Counted from the stretch's first letter, positions 1 to 13,940 are shown. The stretch: DNA of 64,000 bases from Oopsacas minuta (GCA_024704765.1 JAKMXF010000199.1:662448-726447), one strand, 5' to 3'. The notes: generated from the sequence alone by a model not told the origin. Numbers and translations are program-made.

Positions 1-1299
1 GGCACTCAATAAGTTTTGAGCCTGACTATGTTGCGAGCTCTTATATAAGTAAACCATTACTTGTTTCGAATAAACATGGGATAAATATACTGCGCTGAAA
101 ATCTTGTAACTTTATCTTGTATACCTTTCAGATCGCAGTAGTTTTATTATCAGTGGATTCCTTAGTTACCAAATCCTCAATACAGTTATCAAGGCGTGAT
201 ATTCGTTCGATAATACTTTTTCAGTCAACTTTTGAAACAATAAAAGAATGTCACGAAAATTTCTGTACAGCCTTTGCATATAACAAGGTATATGCGGCAA
301 CAGTGAAAATATGGTACAGAGAATTTAAGTGTGCGAATTTTCATCTTGAAGACCAACCCCGCCCTGGAACACACCCACACGCTGTTACAGAGGGAATTGT
401 TGAGTCAATTAAGGACACAGTGACAGCAGATCTAAATGTTACATATGAGGGGATTCAACACGAAATTGGCATTTCATCCGGGCGGTGCACACCATTTTAC
501 ACCAATTCCTTCAGCTACGTAAACTTTGTTCCCGCTGGATCCCACATCAGCATCATCCTGAAGCAGAAGCAGAATCGAGTGAAATGGTGCCATGAAATGC
601 TTAAAAAATTCAACAATGGCAACAGTATAGATGTTTCCAAGATAATAACTGGTGATGAAACATGGATCTATCACTATGATCCAGAAACAAAGCAGCAGAT
701 CCATCAATAGTGTGAAATTGGAGAAGGTCCCCCAACAAAGGTTCGTAGAACTCAGTACACCAAGAAACGAATGTATCTTATTTTTTTAATAAAACGAGTG
801 TTAAAACTGTTGTACCTCTTGAACATGGTAAGACAATTAATTCAACCTGGTATACAGAAAGTTGTTTACCTTTAGTCATCAAAGCAATAAATGTACAGTG
901 TCCTGGCACAGGATTAAGGGGAACTTTTTTGCACCATGATAATACCAGTTCTCATACATCAAAAATGACAAGACAATCCATTGAAGAATCAGGGCTACAT
1001 ATTTGCCACCCCCCCTTATTCTCTAGATCTAGCCCCCTGCGACTTCTGGCACCTCCTAGAATAACAAACTACCTTAAAGGCAGAAATTTTTCATCGAATT
1101 CTGAACTTGAGGTGGCCCTCAGAGAAGTGGTCAGCGACATCAACGAAAATGAATTTAAAGAACCTATTCAAGCTTGATTTAAACGAATTAACTCATGTAT
1201 TCAAGCTATGGGATGCTATTTCGAACAATTATAGTAAAAAAATAAATATAGATTGATGCTCCTTGATATTTAGGCTCAAAAGTTATTGAGTACCCCTCG
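1..1299 (+). mobile_element. Mariner (DD34D) DNA transposon, near full length, transposase frameshifted; left TIR cut by window edge
   Basis: ORFs 117-710 and 929-1177 contain mariner motifs (IITGDETWIYHYDPETKQQ, HHDN; SPDLAPCDF in an adjacent frame). Bases 1-23 (ggcactcaataagttttgagcct) match the reverse complement of 1270-1299 (ttaggctcaaaagttattgagtacccctcg), followed by TA at 1300-1301. Confidence 0.9.
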
Positions 1300-4200
1300 T
1301 ATATCTATTTTTGATACTATGTTTACTAATATTATTTTTGTATTTTGATCGAAGCTCCTAGTAAATTGCACTATCATATTTCTTGAATAACTCCCCCGGT
1401 GAGTCTTCTAAAAATCGATAGCTAGCTACATAGAACTATTATTCTCTGTATATTTACTTATTCACTGTTAGTTTAGATCAAAACATATGGTATTTAGCAG
1501 TTGGTATGATTATATTTGGATTAACGTTTTACAAATTTCGTAACTTTCCCTGAGAGATTTATATTCGCCCCTGCTACTATTCAAGAAAATACGGAATATA
1601 TTTTGGAATATCTTTCAAAGTTACAACCTGGTTTCAGCTGATAATTGCAGTAAACTGCTTTTCAAACCCTCCAGCCATTGGATCAATATACTCGACTCGA
1701 TTGTTATAATTTTTGATTTCAATTTTGATTTAATTTTTGAATTTAGTCTAGTTTTCGTACCGTACTAAGCAATAGGTATATTTTTTACTTTTTTTCTTAT
1801 TTTTTGAATCATTTTTGTAAGATCAACTATTTTGATTTCTTCTATTATATTTTTCTATTGTCTTTTTGAGGGTAATGATGTGGGAAATATTCCAGCACAT
1901 GATTATTTTGAAATGTCTACTACTTGCTGCATCATTTACCAGTTTTCCATAAATCGTAGAAAAGCTATAGAATAATTAGCCATAATATTCAACAAGTTTG
2001 TCCGCATGGGGTGGGCTAAAACTCTCTACCTTAGTTCCAACATTACGTTAAACAAAATTTGAAAACAACAAACACAATATATCTCTCCCTCTCTCTAATG
2101 GCAAACTTTTCAGAAATTATTCTGGTATTTTGTTGATTGAAAATCTAAATTCATATTAGCTGAATGGACCATATTGCACCGTATGCCTTCAAGAGATTTA
2201 AACTCAAGGAGGATATCCTCACGAAATGGTGTATTGAAATCCAAGCATACATACTCTATTGGCTGTTAAGTAAGCACTAAAGGTTGTTTTTGGGAGGCAT
2301 TTTTAAACTTTCTGGACAAATTTCCGTGGTCTATGTTAGAGACAAGTATAATTGAATCTGACTAGAAAAATTTGCTGAGTTCTGACAGAAGATAAGTTTT
2401 CTTCAATTGACCTACACTCCCCAAACAAATATCACTGAACCTTGACAGCTGACAAGTTTTCTTCATTTTGATTCACACTTTCCATATTTATATCACTCGA
2501 CTCTGACAGGTGACAATATTTCTTCACTTTGAACAACACTCGACAAACCGATATCTTTGTTTTTCTACAGGTGGCAAGTTGGTTGTTTTCGCTTATTCTG
2601 ACGTACTTCAAACATTTGCAATTAGAAATGTTTCCATAATGTGTTGATAAATTTTGGTACAACTATAGAATTGCACCCCTCGAACTTTTCATCCGAAATG
2701 TGAAACGCACTCATTCTAGCCTGATCGTACTCGCTGAATGATGAAGATTCCACTTTAGAACGTTCAATTCGGTGCACAATTGAAAATGTTAGAGCTAAAT
2801 TACACTACTAAGCCAAAGTCTATGGGCGAAATTGTATTAGTCATCAAATCAATTTATACTGATTCTAGTTACTATCTATAGCCATAGCAATGTGCCTACT
2901 AACATCATTACATAGTGACTTACATTATTGAGAATCCTGAACAGGAATGCAAACTACAAAATAACAAGCAATCATAATTATTACCATTGCTTCTATTGCT
3001 TCTAACAATGCTGTCAATTTTCAAAACGTAAGAGTGTAAAATGAAGCTGATTAGTTCATGATTAGTATTTTAATTCTAATAACTTCGTTATATAATGTTG
3101 TTTGCAACACTGGAACAACTCGCAGCCTGTTAACAGACCTACGAGAGGGTGGGGCAGGCGGGGTCAAATATTCGACAGGTGTCACTATGTTCGTACATTG
3201 TGAGAATAGAGTTGTCACAATGTTGCGTTAGAAAATCAAGCATTTGCTCGTAATAATTATGGTGAGAGCATACGTACTTGTAATCATCCTATCTTCTTGT
3301 TGTTATTTAACACTCACTAATGCAAGTTACCATTACAAAAAGGGTATTGTTTGCAAGTATTGTGAGTGTATCATTGATATTTATCAGGAAATTGTTCTAT
3401 TGTTCAAACATAGGTTATAGAAATAACAAGAAAATCTCGGGATAATAAGATTGCATCCCAGGATTGTGATTCGAGAAATAATCCCCGATGTACAATAATC
3501 CCTGCATCCAGGGATTCTAACCCTTAATTGTAATATTAAAACATTGAGTTTGAAAAATCACACATATAGTCCAAACTTACTACTACTTATTGTTATCATT
3601 TAACTATAATTTGAACACTATTTGCTAAACAACAAGATAAGCATTTCTTATTGATTTTTACAATGTTGTTGAATATGATCTCTTTGTTCCTTCTCCGTCA
3701 ACATGATTCAATATGATGTGTTTCCAAAAGATCAGGATTCATTGTTTGCCCCTTTCTCAATCTCTTCTTCACGCTTCCTCAAGAACTTTCTATCCCTTGA
3801 GTATTCACTCCTGTGTGAGGATCCACAAAATTCTGAGAGTGATTGACGGTGTGATGAACATCACACCGTCAATGTTATTTTTTATACTTTTTATGGCAAA
3901 GTATAAAAAATAACATCCAGTAGCGTAACTATGGGGGTGAGTGGGTGGCAGTGCCCCTCCATTTTTTGAACATGAAACATTCTTACTTATAAGTTCTATT
4001 TTTGTCCAATATGTATACAGTATGGTATTTTAACCCACCTAGTTTCATCTGGGAACCAGTCAACTCGTTCCAATTTTTGAGTCAACTCCGAAGTAAATGT
4101 CTCTCATCATTGTGTTATACCAGCGTATTTTAAGGCGTTATCCCAGTTGTTGTCGAGCTTCTTTACATTAGACAAGCGCACTTCGCTTGCTCGCGCCTCG

Positions 4201-5042
4201 CGGAGCGAACAATTTGTGTTCACACTCTGACCTACGGCCCTCGAGTACATAAACTCCTAATCTTACCCGTAGCAAACATTATACTGCCATAATCTTTAAA
4301 CCTGTTTAATAATGTCCCAAAAAGTGAACAAATATTTATGAAATGTTGTTTACAATATCATATTTGGGCTCAGCACCTCGATTACCTCAGTATGACCAGT
4401 GAAAGGAAGTTTCAATCTCAATTTTGAAATTTGTTTACTTTATAATCATAAACTCAACAATATATTTTCATATGAGGATCTAAATTCGGATTCAACGTAC
4501 TTTGTTACCCCTGATTAACCGTTTAGAGCAAGCCCTTAAGCATATTTTGAGATTTAGATAATTTGTTTACTTTATAGTCATAAAAATAACAATAAATTTA
4601 CATTTGATTAATCTCAAAATGTGAAAATTGGATTCAGCGTATTCAACATATTAATTCAAGTTTCACAGTATTCTTTTTACTTTCTTGGTAACCACGATAT
4701 ATCCATAGTTATGCGACATCTCAGAATAGAGAAAAATTGCATTCCATAATCCCTTGCTTGACAACGAACGAACATACAGACAAATAGACAACAATTGCGA
4801 TTTACAAATATGGAAATTTAAAGTAAACAAATTTCTAAATAGTCTTAGAAACTTGGTTACAACGGTTATACAAGGCCGGACCAATATTTCTACTCGTCAG
4901 GTTAGTCAGGTCATGACTAGATATATTTTTTGCCGAAGATCCCAAGTTGTCCGTATCAATAAATATTTCCTTCCGGGAATTGTTATGCCAGAGTAATCAA
5001 GTACGCTAATTCTGTAATTTCAAGTCAATCATATTTTTCTGT

Positions 5043-5160
5043 CACAAGTTGATTCTGATATCTCCAACTCTCTTTACTTATTCACAGTTATTCTAACAAG
5101 TATCAACTTGATTCTGTTATCTCCAACTTTCTACAGTTATTCACGGCTATTCTAACAACA
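5043..5160. repeat. Imperfect tandem duplication, about 60-bp unit, 2 copies
   Basis: The unit aa[gc]ttgattctg[at]tatctccaact...ttattcac[ag]g[tc]tattctaacaa occurs twice in succession. Confidence 0.75.
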
Positions 5161-5797
5161 AGTTGGTCTACTATTTCACGCACTTTCACTACTTTTACAT
5201 GTAAACTGGATGGCAGAGCTCAAAGGCCAGAATAAGATGCAGGCAGAGATGTTGGCAGAGTTCAAATCCAATGTAGAGACCTCCAGAGTAATCTACTAAG
5301 AAGAGAGCTGATAATTCAAGGTACAAGGAGGTATTGAGTGAGAAATTGAACTTCATGCAGCGTTTGTTGAGAATCTAGATGCGACATATGCAAACATATT
5401 GGACACATTGTAACATTTTATATGCTCATATATAGATTATTATAATATATACGTTTGTTGTATAATTATATTGTCATTAAATAATTCACCCTTTCCCTAA
5501 CCTAAGAATTAATTTCAATATCTTAGACGGACTTAGATCTAGTTGGAATTACTTTTTCGGTATGGTTTATTTCTAAACCAAACAGCTACAAATTGTGAAT
5601 GCAAATTTCCTAATTAGCAAACTTGGTTTCCCCAACACGTATTGACAGCAAGTGTCCAACTTGTGTGGGTTAGTCATGTTATTATATCACATAATTGGGC
5701 CTATTTCGTATGATAATTTCAGAATATAGCCCTGTTATTAGATATACTCTTTGTAATTGAATTGTAGTTACTTACTTAGAAACTCGCTACAATGATA

Positions 5798-5979
5798 CAT
5801 TGGAATCTGTATAGTCCGACAGGAACTCGTCGGGACAAGAAAATAGTGTCGAATACAGTAACAAATTGTCAGATAATACGAGTGAAATTGCATTGTCAGA
5901 AGCTCATTCAGACCAAAAACACTGTCTGATTATAATGTCCCGCGATTATACAGGTGTTGGATTATGCAGGTTCCACTTG
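5798..5979. mobile_element. Degenerate pogo/Tigger-type MITE (~180 bp)
   Basis: Left end TA|cattggaatctgtatagtccgac resembles the reverse complement of the right end gttggattatgcaggttccact. TIRs are imperfect. Confidence 0.45.
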
Positions 5980-6174
5980 ATCCCGAAATTAAGATTCAGT
6001 ACATTTATAATACAATAGTTATAACTTATAAGGAGATCCTTGTAGTGTAGCAAAATATGTTCATTTAACAGGGATAAATATACCCAGTCCCGCTAGCTTT
6101 GAACTTTAATATCATACCTTGCAAATATCTCTTTCCATATTATGGAGTTCAATAATAATTTGATTAATATAAAT

Positions 6175-8565
6175 CAGTGGTTCTCAACCTTTTCTGCCCT
6201 TCTCCCCCCCATAATGTTTAATCTTCCTTTTGGCCCCCCCTCTTTTCTAGTAATTTGAAATTTAGTTTTTAATTCAAATTAACTGTAATTAATGCCAACC
6301 TTGTAATTGCTTATTAGATGTTAATATTTCAATATCTGAACTATAAGTTGATGCTGATATCCTTAAATCTTCTCTGAAGTCAAGTCACCTGCGGTGTTAT
6401 GTCCTAAGAAAATTTGCCGAAGAAAACGTTTTCTCCCAAAAATATGTTGTTGGAAATGGTAGCAAAAGCAATCTTTCAGCTGTTTTGAAAAGATTTGGTG
6501 CTACCCCCTTCACTTCAAACCAGAATTTAGTTTTGTTAGCACAAGAATATTTAGTTTTTGCCTCCTCATTTGCCTGGAATATAACAACTCTGTTAGTATG
6601 TTTTCTAAGTCCATCATATCTTCCAGTGACATATCCATCGGGGTTAGCAGGTATTTAGGGATTGATGGAACGTCCGAAAAGCGATTGGAAAAATTAGTAA
6701 CTAGATTCATCAAATGTTCTTCGACAAGGAGAGTAAATTTAACTTCAAGATGTGGTCAAGGAGAAAGAATTGCTTCTACACGTGGGGACATGTTCCATTG
6801 GTTGCTTAGTATGCGTAAACAAAAGAATTTCAACTGATTTTGAAATTTCGTCACATTTTCTATAGCCGCTTGAAGAAAAATCCCATCTCCCTGCTACCTA
6901 AGATTACTCAGGTTATAGTAAGAGAAGATTTCAGTAAGATAAGCTAATTTCAGTTTGAAATAGGACGATGAAAACTCTTCTGTCTTGAAGAAATGTTTCT
7001 GATCTAGATTCACATAACCGATCATAAATAGAATATACTCGTTCAAGAGTTTTTCCTCCACTAAGCCAGCGAACTTCTGTGTGGAAAAGGAGGACGTCGT
7101 GTTCTGCTTCCGAATCTTCACATTGTTTTCTTAGTATACGTTCGTTCAAAGGACTTGATTTGACAAAGTTCACAACTCTGATGACAAGGTTAAGTGTTTC
7201 ATGAAGTTCAGGCTGGAGATTTTAGCAGCTAACGCCTGTTTATGAAGCATACAATGGATAAAACTGCACTGCGGGACTTCCCTTTTAAAACATCCCCAGA
7301 ATCCAGTATCTCTACCAGTCATATTTCGAGCTCTATCTGTACTAACACTAACACCTTGGCTTAAACTAATCTGATGTGAGTGACAATAGGATCTACCATC
7401 TTGAAGATATCTTGTCCAGTGCAACGACATTCAAAATAATCAACGAAAAGCAATTCTTCCTTTATGCAATCGTTATCGATGAAACGGATATAGACAATAA
7501 AAGTAGAGTCTGCTCCAAATGTGGATTCATCTAATTGAATGCTGATAGGAATATCCTTTATGAGCTGAATCAATTTATCTTCTAAATTCTGTGAAATTTC
7601 ACTATCCTCCTTTTTACTGTATCATTAGATAACTGGATTTTGTCTACTTTCTCAGCTGCCGCACTTCCCAGAACATGCTTGGCACAAGCCAACTGTGAAG
7701 GTTTGATTAGATTTTCTGCATTTGTGTGAGGTTTTTGAGCTTTGCGATTAGAAAAGATACTTCATAGGATGCCAAAGTACAACAATTCAAATCGGTAGAC
7801 TGAATGAAGAGGGAAAAAGATTTCTGTTGATCCAAATAAACTTTCTTTTTCTGCGGAAAGTACTCTATTGGTTGCCCCACCTCTGTGGGATGTTTTGAAA
7901 ATTGATGCGTTTTTAAATGATGAGGCCTCATAAAATCACTCGCCAAGCATACATGACAGGTCAAGCAAAGAGGTTTTAATTCTTCTGGACTAGAAATGAA
8001 TCCAAAATGCAGATAAGAGGGAACTTAATGTCGAATTCTGCGTTTTCCATTTGGTTCGGGCATAATCTTCCTATTGTATAATAAAGTCTTGTAATGATAG
8101 GATTGAAAATTAATTAATGTATATACAGTTCTATAATATATTTTATGTAGATTGTAGATGAAAATTGTATCGATCAACAGGATGTCATATTATTCACATT
8201 ATTGGAGTTCACACATCGATTACGTATTCACAATCGAATACATAGTATTTATTTCATACAAAAGCAATTTATATTTGTCAAATGCATGCCATCTTTTCGA
8301 ACCCTCACATTGTAACGCTTACAAAGTATTAAGAATAATTATATCTGATTACTAACTTTATCGATGTATAATGCAAATGGGTTTTTAAGAGCGAGGAATT
8401 GAATACAAAGATATAAAATAAGTAGTGATAGCGAGGAGCCTCCTCTGACTAAATAATTTACGCACACCCCAGGTATAGATGGTTCTCTCCGAATATGTAT
8501 CCCTCCTCTTCGGTATTGTCATCCTCCCCCCAATGGGGGGGATATCCCCTGTTTGAGAAGTACTG
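6175..8565 (-). mobile_element. hAT transposon, Buster/ZBED5-like, decayed
   Basis: Minus-strand fragments: MTCHVCL..HHLKTHQFSKH (zinc finger), SIQLDESTF, IHCMLHKQALAAK, LLFHTEVRWLS. Ends are cagtggttctcaacc (6175) and gtttgagaagtactg (8551-8565), an imperfect TIR pair. Length 2.4 kb. Confidence 0.85.
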
Positions 8566-8996
8566 GGTTAGTCAACTCAAACCTTTCTAACTCATGGCAG
8601 GTTATACAACTTCAAGGAGTATTATAAAAATGTAGGGTCATGGAAATACTTATGGAGACTGATAAAATTATATGTAACTATGAAAGGAAATATTCTGGAT
8701 GGAATACAGACTTTCCGCTACTTTACAAATGGGTAGAGGTAGGGTTGCCAGATTTTCGAAGTCCAAACCCACAAATTCGTTCCGACATTCAGTGTTTTAT
8801 GGGGCAGGGGCTAGGCTGTGGAAACCTATTTCTTTCCGGGCCTGTTTTCACCATGTTTGTTAAGAAAATGTTTGTCACATTTTCCTGAATAAGCGTCAGA
8901 GGCTAAAAACCCTGTGGAATAATTTTATCACCTCCCTCTAGAAGAATATTTTTGTTGTATTTTACGCCCTATTTGACCATGCTACAAATTAAGATA

Positions 8997-9279
8997 CAGT
9001 ACATCCTCGCTAATCCGAACAGCATTGTTCCAATTGCAAAAGAATTAGTTTGGATTGGAGAAATGATAGAAATAATGCTCGAGTCTAGGGGGGGACGTTT
9101 TTCGAAGGTTGTATAAACGATGAAAAAGGCTGCCGACATGTGTGTAAGTATAATGGATTCGTCCACAGTACAATTATATAATATTTTTTAATTTGAATAT
9201 TTTAGAAAATTTTCCAAAAGTTGTATAACCTTGCGGACCTGTGAAGATTAGCGAGGTACGGTTTAGCGGGGGTTTACTG
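8997..9279. mobile_element. pogo/Tigger-type MITE (283 bp)
   Basis: TA|cagtacatcctcgctaatccgaac versus reverse complement of right end cagtaaacccccgctaaaccgtac (19/24 match), with TA on both sides. Confidence 0.6.
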
Positions 9280-9654
9280 TAATTATTTTCCTAAATCTAT
9301 TTGATCTCGAGTGGAGATGAACACAAACCAGATACACGTATTTTCATGCTAAGAGTACTGTTCAATCTAACACCAAGATCAGGTACACAATCACCTGGCT
9401 TAACGGCATGGTAATCTATCAACATACTCAAATTTGGGATTGCTGCCTTTATATATATATTAAAATTTTAGCAAATTGTTTACGGTATAATCATAGAAAC
9501 AACATAATACATAGTGGTATTGTGAACTGATAATCTATGTGCTAATTCAAATACCAAGTTGACGCATTCCAATAACCAGCCCAACATTATCATATATCAT
9601 ACTTTTGGCTTAAGATTGCAAAAAAACTATACTATACTATAGCTCAGCTATATA

Positions 9655-11750
9655 CAGGGTGTCATTCAAGTCCGTCCTCAATGTTTTTGCATGCCATCTT
9701 TCTATATTAAACCAATTTGATTGATATTTTACAAACTGATAAAATATTTAGAAATAAATTGTTTAGTAAAGTGTTTACTCAATATATCCTGCATTTTGAG
9801 AAATTACAGCCTGTAGCCACTTCCTAAAGTTCCCTACTGCATTTTGCAGTTCATCTTGTTGTATTTTCTGGCATTCACGCTGGAGGGATAGCTTTAGTAG
9901 TTCAAACTCTTGTGAGGTTTAGCACAGGCCCTTGACTCCAGATTAGCCCAGAGGCTATAATTGAGCGGATTCAAATCTGGACTAGAGGGGATCATTCGTC
10001 TTTGCTATTACACTCGATTTTTCTTGCCATTAACCATTCTTGAGTGCTTTTGGATGCATGTGCAGGGGCAGAATCCTGTTAAAAGATCCAAGCGTTATTT
10101 CTAAATAGATTTTATCCAGCTACATTGATTTTAAGTTCCAAAATCAATTCTTGGTATATCGCAGAGGTAAGTTTGACCCATTGCGGCACAAAAATCAGTT
10201 TTATCCGTGCATTTGCTGAACACCACCCCAGACCATCACAGACAATGGCTTCTCCACTCTATCGATAAGTCCTTACAGAGCTTGGACGACCGGATCTAGG
10301 TTTGTCACCCAAGCTTTCTGTGTCCTTATATCGTTTTAGGTTACGATATATTAGCTTAGGTGAAACTTTTCCATCTTTAGCTTTTGAAAAATTTCGTTTT
10401 TGAGCTACCTGTCTCGAAAAGTGAGATTATTTTGGATCTAATCTTTTCAGTCATTATTTTCACAAGTGTAAACAATATTATGTAGAAGCCTATTACAGGG
10501 TGTCTAATAAGTTCTGTTATATATCAATTCCCCAATAATTTCAAATTTATTCATTGTAAAGCCATGAAACCTTCTACTTTCTTAGGACTTATGTTCCTAA
10601 TTACACATTACAAATATCATTCAATATAGCCTCCCTTTATATGAATTACGGAAGTTAGACTGCCCCGTAACTCATCCTTATGAAATCGATATTTTGCTCT
10701 TGGAACCAACCCTTGGATACTTTTGAAGCATGGCAGGCTCAGTCTTGTTGGTAAGTACAAGGATGGTTTTGAAAGAGCTTCTCACCTGCAGAAGCAATTT
10801 CAGGCTCCAAGACCAGCTCTATGTAGGTCTGGGAGTTTATTTTCATTCCTTTGGGGACAAAAATCAGGTTTGTCCGTGGGTCTGCCGACACTCCCGCCCA
10901 TACCATCAGAGAAAGAGGCTTCTGGACTCCATCAATGTACTTGATGCTATCTGGGATATCCTGACTCCGAGAAGCAAGTATACGGTCGTTTTGACGATTG
11001 CTTGCCTCCTCAATCGTGAACAGCCTCTCATCTGAGAAGAGAATCTGATCTTCAGTCCCAGGAGCGAATCGGGCTTTTAGTTTTATGCATCTTTCGAGTC
11101 GCTTACGACGTATAGAGTCGTTAAGATGGTGTACGTTTTTCCTCTTATAGGACTTCATTCCTAGGTCCTCTACAACCAATTTCCGCATCGTTTCGTGATT
11201 GACACAGAATTCACGAGACATTTTTCGCATTGAACGCCGGTGATTTCTCAGGATTCGACATCTAACACTATTCTTCAGGGCTGGTGTGCGAGCGGATCTT
11301 GGACGACCAACTCGTTTCCTGTCAGACACGCTCCCAGTCTTTATATATCGTTTTATTGTGCGATAGATCAACATGGGATTGACTTTATCATTTTTTAGCC
11401 TTTTAGAATCTCACTGTTGCTAAACCCAGATTCGTGAAAAGTGACAATTTTTGAATGAATTTCTTCTAACATGATATTCTGGGAAATCATCAACTTGAAT
11501 GATATATACTTGGTATAATTCGAAAGAGCGCCAAAAATGCTACAAGAAATTCAAGAAGATTACTTCATAAGTATATTAATAGCTACTGTCTAAGACGCGA
11601 AAATCTATAACAGACTTATTAGACACCCTGTATAGCGTTAGAAAGAGCAGAAAAAATGTTACAAGTTATACAGCTAAAACTTCTTGTGTGTTCATAAGTA
11701 ACTATGCAGTGAGATGTGATATATGAGGACAGAACTTATTAGACACCCTG
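9655..11750 (-). mobile_element. Older maT (DD37D-type) Tc1/mariner element, internally deleted, host of a nested maT
   Basis: Minus-strand translation gives MTEKIRSKIISLFETG..RSGRP, VEKPLSVMVWGG, QDSAPAHASK and SPSSPDLNPLNYSLW. Left TIR cagggtgtcattcaagtccgtcctca (9655) pairs with tgaggacagaacttattagacaccctg (ends 11750). TA flanks both ends. Confidence 0.8.
10496..11630 (-). mobile_element. Younger maT-like element with internal deletion of the WPPSSPDLNP region
   Basis: ORF 10739-11374 contains RVGRPRS, ILFSDE, LMVWAGVS and YQQD. TIRs are cagggtgtctaataagttctgttata and tataacaga-cttattagacaccctg, with TA TSDs at 10494-10495 and 11631-11632. Confidence 0.9.
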
Positions 11751-11871
11751 TATAAGGAATCTCAAAATATAATATTATAATATAATTGGAGTTGACTATT
11801 TTATTTTCCAACAAAGTATTCTCGCGTGTAAGACCATTTCTAAGGTTCATGAAATTAATGAACTACGATTA

Positions 11872-13152
11872 CACTGATATACAACATTTTTGATGATTTT
11901 CTTTCTCTATTATTTTTGCATAGTGTAGATATATGTTGGGAATTATTATCCATGTTTTCATTCTCAAGGGTACTAAAAGTCAGAAATTTCTATTTTAGTT
12001 ATGTCGATCTTTTAATTGACTACATGGTCAAAAATATTTCTAAATTCAATTCTACACATCACCCTTATCCAATTTATTTGGTTTTATTGCTTGCATGATC
12101 TAATTGCCTCTAATAGTAGTTATAATCTGTTTTATTCCACTCGACATTTAGTTTATTTTGTTCATTTTATTGTTTATGGCTTCTCTGGTTTGTAAAAATT
12201 CTCCTGAAAAGTTTTGTTATATTTGTGGGAGGTATACTACAACTGACCAACGGCAAAATATCACAAAGGCTGTAGAACGCTGTTATTTCGCTTATTTTGG
12301 ATGCCATCTTTGGGATCAAGATAAGCCGTGGGCTCCACACAATGCCTGAAAGACGCTTGTGGTATGCTGGGGAGAGAAATATAATCCCGTTTGCAGTTCC
12401 AATGATATGGAGAGAACCAATGTGTCTTCTTTCGGATTGTTATTTCTGTATGACAGAAATTGATGATATCACAAAAAAGAATAAATCCACTATTGCGTAT
12501 CCAGACGTACCGTCCGCCATTAGGCCAGTTCTACATTCCGAGGACCTACCTGTACCAGTTCCATTGGAAATATTGGACATTTGCAGTGACAATGATAGTA
12601 GTGGAGATACTATCATTGTCGCTGCTATCTGTTTGTCTGTCTGTTTGTCTGTCCGTCCGTTTGTCCGTTGCTAAGGAAGCTGAGATGGAATGTGGAATTC
12701 GTATTTGCAAAAATGTTTGTATCTTTATATCTATGGTATTAATCAGGAAATAAACAAATTTCAAAATTATCTTAGAAACGTGGTTTCAACGGTTATTGTG
12801 GGGTAATCGGGTACGCTGATTCCGAATATCACACAAACGAATAGTCCTAAGTTAAGCGAGGGCCGAAGGCCGAGTACGGACACGAAGTGCTAGAATCCGC
12901 GTAGCGCAAGGACGCATAGTGCACTAGTGATAGTTAATACTAGTATGATTTAGTGAGTAATAAACAAAAATGTATGTTTAATTTCATATATTAAATCGCA
13001 TATTGGTGCAATCTTCTAACCAGAAAATTACAAATTCTAGACCTGTTGTAAATACATACTTAACCCATTCATAAACAATCCCTTCAAATTCTTCAATTTC
13101 AGCTATTTTTATTTTAATCATCAAAAACCTTTTACAATTTTGTATATCAGTG
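11872..13152 (+). mobile_element. Chapaev3 (CMC superfamily) non-autonomous deletion derivative
   Basis: Chapa zinc-finger motifs CKNSPEKFCYICG, YFGCHLWDQDKPWAPH, PFAVPMIWREP..DCYFC and YPDVPSAIRPV. A 13-bp TIR cactgatatacaa/ttgtatatcagtg is flanked by the 3-bp TSD TTA (11869-11871, 13153-13155). Confidence 0.88.
12615..12927 (+). mobile_element. Non-autonomous Helitron/HINE-like insert nested in Chapaev3
   Basis: Chapaev homology stops abruptly before a (CTGT/CCGT)n microsatellite at 12627-12665. A GC-rich subterminal segment cgagggccgaaggccgag follows, with a CTAG|T end at 12924-12928. Confidence 0.55.
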
Positions 13153-13659
13153 TTATTTAACTGGAAAAATTACCAAAATTATTGGACATCTGAACATTAA
13201 AACTATTCAAATTGCGTAATTTCTGAGTGATTTTCGAATCATTTATAAATACAACCATAATAAACAACTGCATTCTCCACAATGGTATTAAGTAATATTG
13301 TATTAACCAAATTAAGTAGCTAGTAGTATGTTTTGTATTTTAAGGAATTTCTTGCAAAATTAAGGCTAAAAAATATTTATCCCGTAAATGTCCTTTTGAG
13401 AGCATTTCATTGAAGTTCCATCTGATTTCTAATGTAAATATAATCATTCGAAAATAGAATTAAATCATCGAATTGAAAGAATTACGCACAAAGTTCGAAC
13501 CCGACCCGAACCCGATTCCAACTCTGGGCTACGTATCGGTTTCCAATTATTCCAAATATTAGGGTTTCTAAAGAGTAATACGTTACTCTAATCTCAAAGG
13601 GACTTCGTAATTGTACAAATGGAATGTTAACATCTTATACATCAGGATATTGACTTCTA

Positions 13660-13940
13660 ATCTCAGCAATTAGGTTTGCGAAGGCATTATCTCAATTGCT
13701 TTCCTCCAACAAATCTCTGCAATGTGTGTATCTAATAGTCCGGGTTTTGTGGTCATTGACGGCTTCCAAAATTTCTTGGTCCACCCCAGGTACTTTCGAT
13801 ACTTTGTGTATGTCCAGCAGTTACATGGTCAACAATGTTTATACTGTGGTTTAGATTAAGATGATGGAATGTTGCAGGACGAATGCTATGGTAAGATGCC
13901 CACTTATCTGTACTTTTTATACTGTTCCAAAGCAATTTAC
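13660..13940 (-). pseudogene. Merlin / IS1595 (ISXO2-like) transposase C-terminal fragment
   Basis: HHLNLNHSINIVDHVTAGHTQSIESTW matches the HxxVNHS...GxHTQxIEsxW motif, followed by LLDTHIAEICWR. Confidence 0.8.
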
